Shown here one piece after another: positions 54,121-63,926 of a stretch of 64,000 nt of DNA. The notes beneath the pieces are model-generated. The model saw only the letters and a program-made list of their open reading frames with translations, had not been told where the DNA came from and did no database searches. The position numbers were made by a program, and so were the translations under genes. The DNA is from a virus: positions 7,728-71,727 of the IMG/VR virus record IMGVR_UViG_3300044613_001835. The stretch is one strand, 5' to 3'. Within the stretch, counting starts at the first letter, position 1, and each line of letters opens with the position of its first letter.

Positions 54121-57100
54121 TTATACTGGTGTGGCGACAGTGCTTAACCATTCTACTTCGGAGTATATTTTTAACTTTTCAGGCTGATAAATTAGCCCTT
54201 CTCCGTCATCAACTATAATTTTATTCGTTCCGATGTATGTTTTATAAATGTCTAATGGACTAATTCCATAAAACTCAGATGAGCCTATGACCAACATACC
54301 GTCCCAAGTAAAGTTATTATTCCAAAATTGCCAATCAAAGGTTGTAATTCCATCCGTTAAAACCTTATACCAAGGCCTGAAGGTTCTGCTTTCAACCTCT
54401 TGCAAACTATTTGCTTGATAGTATGCAATATTATTAAATAGTGCTGGGCCTGTAAGATTTATACTTCCTAAATATGAATTATATACCAGGGATGTTAAAA
54501 ATGAAACACCAATAGATGACCACTCCTTAAGCGACAAGACTGGCTCTCTTACAAGATTGCCATTTAAATAAAAAGCAACTCCATTATATTCAACGCCATT
54601 TTCATTCAAAACGAATATTTTTGCCCTATTCATGCTAGAACTATTTGCCTGAATATAAAACTTTAATGTACCATCTTTGTGATTAATTTCAAATATTTCT
54701 GTTGCTGTTTCTGGAAAGGTGTCCTGATCATATCTTAGCCAGAGTTGCATAGCACTTACCTTATAAGATGTTGCAAGTTCTTTATTAATTGGAAGAGAAA
54801 GCCCACGATTTTCTAAAACATTAAGTTCTCCACGCACTTCTAGCCCAGAAGTTTTGGTTAAATATAGATATGGTGTGCTTTCTTTGTATATGCTAAACGG
54901 ATTTTTTGATTTATAATCAAAATATATTCCATTTTTCTTATATGGGAACAAGTCTACACCAAATCTTGTTCCAACAGGATTTGAAGAATTGTTGTTAAAT
55001 GCTTGAGAAGCCAACTGCAACTTATTCAACAATATGGGTTTGGTCAAAATACCACGGCTATTAAATTCAAGACTATAAACAATTGCAAGACTATTAAAGT
55101 CTTTTGTTTTAATAGGATATATTAATGTATTATTTAAAACTTCAAACCTTGTGGTCTCCCAATCTTCATAATCATTTATATCAACAACTTTATATTGATT
55201 TAACGTTTGCTCATTTGCAAAAGGTGTTACAAGATTTGCTCCCTCAGAAACATATTGAAAAGTAATATAACTTTTTATTTGTGCTCCACTTGTATCATAA
55301 TAGTATCCACCATTACCAGATTCTTCGGCTAAAGTTGTAGTAGTAGGGTATGCCAAGTTAAACTGTAAAAAATCTAAATCATAGTATTCTTCGCTATCTT
55401 TATTTTTTACAAATTGCCCAAAATAAGAAAGTGGTAAATAATCTTGCCAATATCCAGCAACACCTATATCTAAAAAATATCTTTCATATGCTTCAGAAGG
55501 CAGAAGTGTATAACTTGCTGTGTGAGAAATTAATGATGAACCATGACTTAAAATAACAATTCCATTTTCATCAAAATTATTTGATATCTTAGAAGCGTTA
55601 GTTGTGCTACAAACACCAACAGAATAAATTCTTCCAGTAAAAGCATATTCTCCAGAATCGTCACCACCAACATACATTTTTAAAGAATTTTGATTTCCTA
55701 AAAATGAATTAACACCTCCACCAAAATTATCAGATAAACTTCTTAAATTAAACCCAACTGCAAAAGTAGTGTTTGCTGTTATCGGATCAGAGGTAAATAA
55801 TAATTCAGTACCTTCACTATTGGTCAAAGAATATTTAATTTCATCGCCATCTTTAATAATAGAAAAATAGTTGCCATTGACAGGATTATATATTTTAAAC
55901 AATATTTCTTCAGAAACCAAATCATGGGAACTAAAAACACCATAAAAAGCATCAACCTGATTTGCTAAAACATTAAACTTATCAAAATTAATGTAGGTAT
56001 TTTTAGAATTCCAAGTGTTGTTTGGCCTAAATGACAAAAACCTATTTTCAATAAATGGACCAGATTCGTTATCTTGTATGGCTTGATTGTCTTCATATAA
56101 ATCTTCCAATGTTTTATCATCTAAAAATATTTCAGGTAACAAATATTCTGGAGTTCTTAAACTTGTTGTGGTTGTTGTTAAATTATCAAAACTTCCTTGG
56201 TTCCATCCTGCAAAGTCTGGGTAATTGTAGTTTGCAGTATAGTTAGCAAATGGATAGTCTACGAATGCAGTTATTCCTCCATATGCTGAGTTAATTCCTT
56301 CTGGAGATATAACTCCTTGTCCATATACCCATCTGCGTTTTGCTACTGTAACTGGAACTTGATATGAATAAATTGCAACACAGTCAATTTCAAAAGGATA
56401 TACGCTGGCATCTGAATAAAAGCCAAGCCAATCCTGGCTATCCCCGTTAGCATCAAGTTCTTCTGGTAAAGAAAGGGTAGATGTATCAAAAGACAGTGAT
56501 AAAACCTCTTCTCCATTTATTAATAAAGATGCTGAGTTCCTAATTAAACGAATATGAATTAAAATTGGCCTAAACCATTCACCAATAAAGTGAGAAGCAA
56601 ACTGATTTCCAACAACTAATGTTAAAAATCCATCTTCAACATATAAGCCATCGTTAGATGCAATTGGTCCAAAAATTTTAAATGGTGTTAGTGTATTTGC
56701 TGCTATCCTTGCCCAAAATTCAATTGTGTAATCGTTATACTGTCCTTTTTTATTTAAAAAACCTTTTCCTGGAATTATTAAAGATGCATCTGTATAAGGC
56801 TCTAACCTTGTTGCACCGCTTGCGCCATAAACCAAAGGTATGCCTGCATTTTTGCTTTTTAATCCGCCTTCGGTAATGTAGTACCCAGAATCTTCTGCAA
56901 TACCGTATGCTTGGGCCTCCACTGCATCCAAACCACCATAAATGCTTACTGTTGATGGAACTGTAGTTTCTGTTATTCCATTTAAAGAATATGTGTTAAA
57001 TTCTTCATTCCATTGACCTAAAGTAATACCATTAAAATAAAATTGATTTTCTGTTGTAAGTCCAGACCCTTCAAATATTTTTATTTTAAAAACAATTCTT

Positions 57101-57585
57101 AATTGTGCAGAGACATTTGGAATTGCAAAAGTTTCAGAGATAAAGCCCCATTTTTGATAAAGCGTACTTGTAAAAGTTTTTAATTCTTGAACTATTTGAG
57201 AAGTGCTTGGATCTGTATATTCATATCCTATAGAAACACTTTGCAAATAAACACTATTTGAATAAAAATATGAACCTATTGTAAATGTTTCAAGATCTTC
57301 AAGAACATTAAAGTTTAATATATTTGGGCTAATTATTGATGCTTCAAGAGTTTCAGTAACTGGCACATCAACTTCAACTAATGTCAAAGCACTATTTAAA
57401 AATGGCTGCTTAAGAGATTCTGACTCTAATGTTGCTGTTGCATCTGATATAGTCCAAGAATCAGAGATATCACGCTGTGCTTCAGAAATTAAACTTTTAT
57501 AATTAAGGGTATCGTCTAGTGCCCATAAAACTAATGGGTGCTCAGAATATATTTTTTCTGCATATAAATTTGATGGGGTAGACAT
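54121..57585 (-). CDS. Large virion protein with LamG/ConA-like domains
   Basis: SEHPLVLWALDD, YTIEFW, LLINGEEV and IDCVAIYSY motifs. Confidence 0.65.
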   Translation of the reverse strand: MSTPSNLYAEKIYSEHPLVLWALDDTLNYKSLISEAQRDISDSWTISDATATLESESLKQPFLNSALTLVEVDVPVTETLEASIISPNILNFNVLEDLETFTIGSYFYSNSVYLQSVSIGYEYTDPSTSQIVQELKTFTSTLYQKWGFISETFAIPNVSAQLRIVFKIKIFEGSGLTTENQFYFNGITLGQWNEEFNTYSLNGITETTVPSTVSIYGGLDAVEAQAYGIAEDSGYYITEGGLKSKNAGIPLVYGASGATRLEPYTDASLIIPGKGFLNKKGQYNDYTIEFWARIAANTLTPFKIFGPIASNDGLYVEDGFLTLVVGNQFASHFIGEWFRPILIHIRLIRNSASLLINGEEVLSLSFDTSTLSLPEELDANGDSQDWLGFYSDASVYPFEIDCVAIYSYQVPVTVAKRRWVYGQGVISPEGINSAYGGITAFVDYPFANYTANYNYPDFAGWNQGSFDNLTTTTTSLRTPEYLLPEIFLDDKTLEDLYEDNQAIQDNESGPFIENRFLSFRPNNTWNSKNTYINFDKFNVLANQVDAFYGVFSSHDLVSEEILFKIYNPVNGNYFSIIKDGDEIKYSLTNSEGTELLFTSDPITANTTFAVGFNLRSLSDNFGGGVNSFLGNQNSLKMYVGGDDSGEYAFTGRIYSVGVCSTTNASKISNNFDENGIVILSHGSSLISHTASYTLLPSEAYERYFLDIGVAGYWQDYLPLSYFGQFVKNKDSEEYYDLDFLQFNLAYPTTTTLAEESGNGGYYYDTSGAQIKSYITFQYVSEGANLVTPFANEQTLNQYKVVDINDYEDWETTRFEVLNNTLIYPIKTKDFNSLAIVYSLEFNSRGILTKPILLNKLQLASQAFNNNSSNPVGTRFGVDLFPYKKNGIYFDYKSKNPFSIYKESTPYLYLTKTSGLEVRGELNVLENRGLSLPINKELATSYKVSAMQLWLRYDQDTFPETATEIFEINHKDGTLKFYIQANSSSMNRAKIFVLNENGVEYNGVAFYLNGNLVREPVLSLKEWSSIGVSFLTSLVYNSYLGSINLTGPALFNNIAYYQANSLQEVESRTFRPWYKVLTDGITTFDWQFWNNNFTWDGMLVIGSSEFYGISPLDIYKTYIGTNKIIVDDGEGLIYQPEKLKIYSEVEWLSTVATPV

Positions 57586-57620
57586 ATTTCTCCTATCCCC
57601 TTATTATAGCAGGATGAAGA

Positions 57621-59651
57621 CTAATATAATTTAATCTCACATGCATCTGTAGAACAATATTTTTCAGACTCTGCATCAAGATTATCCTTGCCATCATAAA
57701 TAGCAGACCAATCAATTTTACCAATTTTACCAACATAAGAGTTATATTCTTCTCTTGTAATATTTGTATATGGTTGTTGAGGATAAGTTTTATTACCCAT
57801 AGGCAAAAATGAAACTGCCTTTAATTGACCTTCATGCATGTGTAATGCTGGAGCAATGTGCTTGGTTTCAGATTCCTTGTCAAATGACAAAGTTACAGAT
57901 ACTCCATTATCAGACCAATATTTTTGAGCGGTAGCAGCCAAACCAATCTTTTCAAAAAGACTTACATCTTTTTCAGAACGAGGATGTCCAGATGCTACTG
58001 GGAAATATACTACTGAAGTGTTTGCTGATACTACGTCATCTTCAATTCTATACCCTGCTGCTTTAAATAAATGCATCATTGGGTCTGTATTTCCAAACCT
58101 TATAGCACGAAGATAGAACTCTCCTCCTGGACCCCAATGAACTCCTGGTGTTGCACCAGATAACAATGAAACAGAGCCTGAAGGTTTGACGGTAGTTACA
58201 CGAATTGATTCACGTACACATAGCCATTCTGAGTATGTGTGATCATATGAACGAATCTTTTTATACCCTTCGTCCATCCACTCACGAATAATTGGCATAC
58301 CCTTTTTATCTGCAAAAGATGCAATGCCAGTAAGTGATGTTCCAATACGACGATTACGTTGCATGATTCCATTTGTAGTTTGCCAATGTGTTGGCATAAG
58401 CGTAACAGTCTTGCCGTATAAGTAAGCAAACTTTAATGTACGTAAAAAGTCTTCTTTATTTTCATGACGATTTAGATGAACTTCTACAAGTGTGCATAAT
58501 TCATAACTTTCCAATGGTTGTTCAGCGCATGGATTGAATCCCATAACACGAGAATCTTTATAATCTGGAGCGTCTGCTAATCTTCCATAATCTCTAGCAA
58601 CATCTAGCCAAATAAATCCTGGCTCCCCATTGTCTGCAATTAAGTCAACATAGTCTTCATACTTTGTTCCAACCTCTGCAGAAATAGAATTATTAGACAT
58701 CCAAGCCCATCCTGGATTCTCTGAATCAAATGAATTTCTATCTGGAAAAACCTCTGCATTTTTTAAATTAATAAAATCTTTGTCTTCAGCATTTCCTAAA
58801 GCCAAGGTAGCAGAACGACGAACATTACCAGAAACAACGCATGTACCAATAAGGTTTACAATGTCTACTATTGCACGAGAATCAAGAGTTTCTCCTGATC
58901 TACCGCCAATTACTTTGTCTATCTTACTGTGTAATGCAATCAGTGGTGCTGGACCGCTAGCCACCCCACCAAAGCCTTTTATTGGGGCTCCTAGAGGACG
59001 GATAAGGTCATAGTTAAACTTTTGTATAGCCTGATTAGGTCGTAGGTATGAATTTAAAAGCATTCTTACTGAGTCAACCCAACCTTCACGAGTGTCTGGG
59101 ATTTCCCATACATTTTCTGGCTCTGTTGGAGCATAGATAGGCATTTCTTTGTCTTGACCGACGGTATCAAACCCTACACCAATACCCAGCATTAATGCAT
59201 CCATTACCCATGCAAATAAGGCTCCTGGATCATTGCGATCAAGGTCACGAGTTGATACCATTGCACAATTTTGAAGGGATGCTGAGTTACGCTTCTCCAT
59301 AGTCATAGGAGTTCCAAATGCCCAGAGACCACGACCTGGTGGTGTCCACTTTAGTTCAAACATTCTCTGAAAGGCTTCTTGTGCAGACTTCTGTGCTTTG
59401 TTGTCGTTCCATGGAAGTCTATTATCTTTAGCGTGGTTCTTTTGTACTGAGTACATTCCTTCAATTACCCGCTTGCAAACCTCATGCCATCTTTCCTTTG
59501 TTCCATCTTCTTTCATCCGAGAGTAGGTACGTATAAAGGTAATTTCTCCTAAAGAGTTTGATCCAGCATCTGAAAAGCCAAACGGGGCTGGTACCTCAGT
59601 ATATTTATTTACAAACTCATCTGACAAACGAAAAGAAAAGATATCTGACAT
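57621..59651 (-). CDS. nrdJ: Class II (adenosylcobalamin-dependent) ribonucleotide reductase
   Basis: PPGRGLW, LQNC, GNVRRSA, NPCAE, CTLVE, TVKPSG and C-terminal CSTDAC. Confidence 0.95.
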   Translation of the reverse strand: MSDIFSFRLSDEFVNKYTEVPAPFGFSDAGSNSLGEITFIRTYSRMKEDGTKERWHEVCKRVIEGMYSVQKNHAKDNRLPWNDNKAQKSAQEAFQRMFELKWTPPGRGLWAFGTPMTMEKRNSASLQNCAMVSTRDLDRNDPGALFAWVMDALMLGIGVGFDTVGQDKEMPIYAPTEPENVWEIPDTREGWVDSVRMLLNSYLRPNQAIQKFNYDLIRPLGAPIKGFGGVASGPAPLIALHSKIDKVIGGRSGETLDSRAIVDIVNLIGTCVVSGNVRRSATLALGNAEDKDFINLKNAEVFPDRNSFDSENPGWAWMSNNSISAEVGTKYEDYVDLIADNGEPGFIWLDVARDYGRLADAPDYKDSRVMGFNPCAEQPLESYELCTLVEVHLNRHENKEDFLRTLKFAYLYGKTVTLMPTHWQTTNGIMQRNRRIGTSLTGIASFADKKGMPIIREWMDEGYKKIRSYDHTYSEWLCVRESIRVTTVKPSGSVSLLSGATPGVHWGPGGEFYLRAIRFGNTDPMMHLFKAAGYRIEDDVVSANTSVVYFPVASGHPRSEKDVSLFEKIGLAATAQKYWSDNGVSVTLSFDKESETKHIAPALHMHEGQLKAVSFLPMGNKTYPQQPYTNITREEYNSYVGKIGKIDWSAIYDGKDNLDAESEKYCSTDACEIKLY

Positions 59652-59725
59652 TTACGTTCCAACTTTCTATTAATATTATAAGTACTTTGCAGAATCCAAA
59701 GTAGTGTTAAGTATATCATAGAATT

Positions 59726-59757
59726 AAAAAGAAAAACACGCTTGTTTAAGGCGTGTT
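59726..59757 (-). terminator. Rho-independent terminator
   Basis: AACACGC-CTTAAACAA-GCGTGTT followed by TTTCTTTTT. Confidence 0.75.
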
Positions 59758-59798
59758 AATCTCTAGTTAAGAGTTAGTGCTTTGTATTTTATAAAGTA

Positions 59799-61430
59799 CT
59801 ATGCACCAATCAACATTAATTCGCTAAATGCTGCACCTGCTGCAGGAGTAGAGAAAGAAAATACTCCAGAACCATTTGTTGTCAATACTTGTCCTGCTGC
59901 TCCGTCTGCTGCTGGAAGTGTCCAAATTCTGTTTGTAGTAACAGTTTCTGGAGCCTTAAAACCAACATAGTGAGTTGAGTCTGTATCTGCTAATCTAAGT
60001 TCTGCTGTAGCATTAAGTGTAAGTGCTGTTGTTGCTACTGCGCTTGACAATGTTTTGTTTGTTAGTGTGTCAGTTGTAGCACGACCAACCAATGTATCTG
60101 TGTCAGTTGGTAGTGTAAGAGTTCCAGTATTGGAAATACTTGCAATAACTGGAGTTGTTAAAGTTTTGTTTGTTAAAGTTTCAGATACATCCTTAAGCAA
60201 GGTTCCATTCATGTAGTATGACTTACCAGAAGCAAGATTAATATGCTCTGAAGATGTCCATGAGTCTGTGGCGTCTACCCAGTTAAAGGTTTTATCGCTT
60301 GCACCTTTTAATGTTATTCCGCCACCATCTGCTGTTGAGTCTGAAGGTGTAGCAACATCGGCAAGAACAATATTTTTATCCTCAACAACAAGATTAGTTG
60401 AGTTAATATTTGTAGTTGTACCATTAACTGTTAGGTTACCAGAAAGGGTTAGGTCTGTTCCTGACACCGCTCCAGTAAATGTTGCGCCTGAAAGTGCTGC
60501 TACGTTTGCTTCTAAAGCAAGAGTTCCTGTAGCATCTGGTAGAGTGATTGTTCTATCTGCTGTTGGGTCTGCAACTGTTAAAACTGTTTCAAACTCATTG
60601 TTTGTTGCACCTTCATATGTAATAAAGTGTGAATCTGGAAGATAAATACCATGAATACGTGGAGTTCCACCAGTTGCAGTAATTTCTCCTCCATTAATTG
60701 TTGGAGTTGTAAGAGTTTTGTTACTAAGTGTGTCTGTTGTATCCCTACCTACAAGGGTTGTAGTCGCATCAGGAAGGGTAATCGTACGGTCTGCCGTAGG
60801 GTCTGTTACAGTTAAAGTTGTTTCAAACTCATTTGCTGTTGCACCTTCAAATACAATTGAGCCATCATTAAATACTGCTCCAGTAATTACTGGGCTTGTT
60901 AAAGTTTTATTTGTAAGAGTTTGAGTTCCAGTTTCAGTTACTGTTCCCGCTGCAATATCGGTTGTAAGGGCTACAGTACCAGTTGCATCTGGAAACGTAA
61001 TTGTACGATCAGCGGTTGGGTTTCCTGCTGAAAGGGTAAGTTCAAAGTCATCTGCTGAAGAACCTTCCATTGTAATTGTTGAAGTAAACACTCCAATGTT
61101 AGTAATGTCTGAAAGGTTACCAGTTGTAATAACTGTACCATCAACATTTGGAAGAGTAATAGTTCTATCGGCAGTTGGGTCTGTTACCTGAAGGGTAGTC
61201 TCATAAGAATCAGCGGTAGCACCTTCAAAAACAATGCTTGTACCAAAAGCAGGATTAACTGTAGAGTTAATGTCGGCAAAGTAATCTAGGTTTGCCCAGT
61301 GATTTGTTCCATCACCAATTTTAAACTTATTAGTGTCTGATTCCCATCCCATTTCTCCAGCATTTAATATTGGATTGGCAGTAGTCCACTGTGAAGCAGT
61401 TCCTCTGCGCTGTTGCATTCTAGTTGCCAT
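59799..61430 (-). CDS. Fibre-like virion protein with Mtd-type N-terminal domain and repeats
   Basis: QQRRGTASQWTTANPILNAGEMGWESDTNKFKIGDG; four EG..TADRTIT repeats and TLTNKTL repeats. Confidence 0.8.
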   Translation of the reverse strand: MATRMQQRRGTASQWTTANPILNAGEMGWESDTNKFKIGDGTNHWANLDYFADINSTVNPAFGTSIVFEGATADSYETTLQVTDPTADRTITLPNVDGTVITTGNLSDITNIGVFTSTITMEGSSADDFELTLSAGNPTADRTITFPDATGTVALTTDIAAGTVTETGTQTLTNKTLTSPVITGAVFNDGSIVFEGATANEFETTLTVTDPTADRTITLPDATTTLVGRDTTDTLSNKTLTTPTINGGEITATGGTPRIHGIYLPDSHFITYEGATNNEFETVLTVADPTADRTITLPDATGTLALEANVAALSGATFTGAVSGTDLTLSGNLTVNGTTTNINSTNLVVEDKNIVLADVATPSDSTADGGGITLKGASDKTFNWVDATDSWTSSEHINLASGKSYYMNGTLLKDVSETLTNKTLTTPVIASISNTGTLTLPTDTDTLVGRATTDTLTNKTLSSAVATTALTLNATAELRLADTDSTHYVGFKAPETVTTNRIWTLPAADGAAGQVLTTNGSGVFSFSTPAAGAAFSELMLIGA

Positions 61431-61468
61431 TTATTGCTCCTTATACTTAGTTATATTATAACAGATAA

Positions 61469-61927
61469 TTAATTAAAATTATCAACTGCTATTCCGCCAT
61501 CCCAGGTTTCATCCCAAGAGGCTGTATTGTAAACACCAGCACTTACTAATTCTCCTGCTTGATAATAGTATCCAGCGTCTTTAAAAATACTAACAATTAA
61601 TCCATTGCCATCAATTGATGTATCATGAATGTGGTCTTGTAGTGTTTCTGCATCTTCAAGTGTTGCAATTGCAACCCATTCAGAACTATAATAAACATGT
61701 ACACGCTCTGTTAATGTATCAAACCACAAATCTCCATTTTCTGGAGATGCTGGTGGAGTAGCGCCAACTGGAAGTTGTGGAGATCCTACTGCAGTATCTA
61801 CATACAGTTTTGTTGCAGCATGTGAATTTTGAGTAGGAGTGGCAACTGTGACTGTTGATCCAAAGATTCCGCCTTCGGCTACGTTGATGCCGTGCTTTAC
61901 TCTGAAGTCTTTATTTACGGTTGCCAT
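61469..61927 (-). CDS. Small virion structural protein
   Basis: KDFRVKHG N-terminus, AATKLYVD, PENGDLWFD. Confidence 0.65.
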   Translation of the reverse strand: MATVNKDFRVKHGINVAEGGIFGSTVTVATPTQNSHAATKLYVDTAVGSPQLPVGATPPASPENGDLWFDTLTERVHVYYSSEWVAIATLEDAETLQDHIHDTSIDGNGLIVSIFKDAGYYYQAGELVSAGVYNTASWDETWDGGIAVDNFN

Positions 61928-61949
61928 CTCCGACCTCTATTCTATCTAA

Positions 61950-63911
61950 TTATGCTTCAATATATGTTTTGTGTACTTTAACAGAAGTATCTGATGTTGT
62001 ACCAGTAACTAGGAGACGAACATTTCCACCGTTATAATCGGCATCTGTTGTTCCCAATACTGCGTTACTAATTACATCTGCATATTCTGTTAGGTAAACG
62101 TTATTTGATCCATCTACTGTTACAAGAACTTCAATTACTTCAATATCGCTACCCTTTTTCATCTGAACAATATATTTTGCAGATGAATAAGTTGATGTTG
62201 ACCATGAGTCAATAACTGTTGCTGAGTCAGAAGCAGTTGCAGCAGCGGTACCAAGTAAAGCATCTGTAAGTGTTACAGAGCCTACTGTTACACCGCTAAA
62301 TGTTGGTGTTGCTGTTGAGTGAAGATCTTGTGGACCAGATAATGTAATTGCGCCAGTTGATGCACTTGCAGTAATCTGATTTGCTGTGCCAGTAATTGAA
62401 AGTACACCATCGTTTGTAACTGCATCACCAGTAATACTAATACCAGTTCCAGCAGTTACATTAAGTGTGTTTCCAGTCTTTGAAAGACCATCTCCAGCAA
62501 CTACTTGTCCAAGACCAGTAAATTGTGTAAATGTTAATGCTGTAGTTCCTACAGTAACTGTACCGTTATTTGTTAATGTATATCCAGAATCAGCATTTGT
62601 AGTTCCTTCTTCTACGAATACCGCAAATGATGCTGTAAGTTCTGCAGCAGTATCGCAGTCAGTTGAACGAGATGCTGCACCTGAAGCGGCTACTACATAA
62701 ATACCGTTTTGTGAGCCAGTTGATTGATTCTTTACAAGAACACGATCACCAGTTGCAAGAGTTACTCCATCAACTGTGTCTCCATTTTCAAGATCTGAAG
62801 AAATATCTAAGTTTGCAGTAGTTGCTGCACGAACTGATGCTTTCCAGTCAATACCTACAACTGCATTATCAACATAACCTTTTGTTGCTGCATCTGTTGC
62901 ATCTGTTGGTGTTCCAAGACCTGTAATCTTGTATGTTGCCATGCTTACTGCACCAGTTGGTGCTCCTACAGCGCTTAGTGCAAATTCTGAAGGGTCTACA
63001 GAAATTGCTCCTGTGTCATCATCGTAGTCAAGACCATTACCAACTACAGTTCCTATAGCATCTTGTGCTCTTTCATCTGTAAAGTATTTATTTGTTGAAC
63101 CTTCTGCAATGTCATCAGAACCTAATGTACGTGAACCTCCAAGAGAAGTTGATGTACCATTAATAGTAATTGCTGAGTTTGTAAGTTTATCATTTGCAAT
63201 TGATCCTGCAAGCATTGAGTTTGTTACAGTTGATGAATCTCCAGTTGTAATAATTGTACCTGTTACGTCAGGAATTGTAATGGTACGATCTGCAGTTGGA
63301 TCAGTTACTGACAAAGTTGTTTCATGATCATTTGCAGTTGCACCTTCAAATACTATTGAAGAATCTGAAAGGGACAAACCTGAAACAGTTGGTGAGGTAA
63401 GAGTCTTGTTAGCAAGAGTTTCTGTACCTGATAATGTTGCAAAATCTGCATCGGTTAATGCAGTATTGAAATCAGAAATTGTTCCTGTTATAGTGTTTGA
63501 TCCAAAAGCAATTGATTTATTTGATAATGTGTCTGTTGTGTCACGAAGAACTACAGTTCCAGTTGCATCTGGAAGTGTGATAGTTCTATCTGCGGTTGGA
63601 TCGGTTACTTGAAGTGTTGTCTCGTGATCATTTGCGGTTGCACCTTCAAATGAAATGCTTGAATCAAAAACTCCAACTGCCTGTGGTGCTTTCCATGCAA
63701 TACCATTTGTTGCATTTGAGTCTGCAGTAAGAATATAGTTGTCTGTTCCTGCTGCAAGACGAGTTACTGCGTCTGGACCAGATGCTACTAGTAAATCACC
63801 TTTTGTGTCTACTAATGCTTCTGTTAATATGTCGTGGCCGTTTACAGTTGCGGTTGATCCCTCAACTACCAGCCCCGCTTTTACTCTAAAGTCTTTTGTT
63901 ACGGTTGCCAT
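61950..63911 (-). CDS. Fibre-like virion protein with repeats
   Basis: KDFRVKAG N-terminus, KGDLLV, two EGATAND..TADRTIT repeats, DAATKGYVD, GDRVLVKNQ..QNGIY, C-terminal SAKYIVQ domain. Confidence 0.8.
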   Translation of the reverse strand: MATVTKDFRVKAGLVVEGSTATVNGHDILTEALVDTKGDLLVASGPDAVTRLAAGTDNYILTADSNATNGIAWKAPQAVGVFDSSISFEGATANDHETTLQVTDPTADRTITLPDATGTVVLRDTTDTLSNKSIAFGSNTITGTISDFNTALTDADFATLSGTETLANKTLTSPTVSGLSLSDSSIVFEGATANDHETTLSVTDPTADRTITIPDVTGTIITTGDSSTVTNSMLAGSIANDKLTNSAITINGTSTSLGGSRTLGSDDIAEGSTNKYFTDERAQDAIGTVVGNGLDYDDDTGAISVDPSEFALSAVGAPTGAVSMATYKITGLGTPTDATDAATKGYVDNAVVGIDWKASVRAATTANLDISSDLENGDTVDGVTLATGDRVLVKNQSTGSQNGIYVVAASGAASRSTDCDTAAELTASFAVFVEEGTTNADSGYTLTNNGTVTVGTTALTFTQFTGLGQVVAGDGLSKTGNTLNVTAGTGISITGDAVTNDGVLSITGTANQITASASTGAITLSGPQDLHSTATPTFSGVTVGSVTLTDALLGTAAATASDSATVIDSWSTSTYSSAKYIVQMKKGSDIEVIEVLVTVDGSNNVYLTEYADVISNAVLGTTDADYNGGNVRLLVTGTTSDTSVKVHKTYIEA

Positions 63912-63926
63912 CTTTTATCTCCTTGG

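Noticed and set aside
9970-59651. Inteins or introns in TerL, RecA, DnaE, DnaB or NrdJ
   Set aside because: Lengths are normal and no splice-junction or homing-endonuclease motifs are seen.
59688-59710. NrdR box or cobalamin riboswitch before nrdJ
   Set aside because: Only a half-site resemblance (ACACTA), and the leader of about 50 nt is too short for a B12 riboswitch.
59799-61430. Diversity-generating retroelement suggested by the Mtd-type N-terminus
   Set aside because: No reverse transcriptase or adenine-specific TR/VR pair is seen; the repeats look like ordinary coding duplications.
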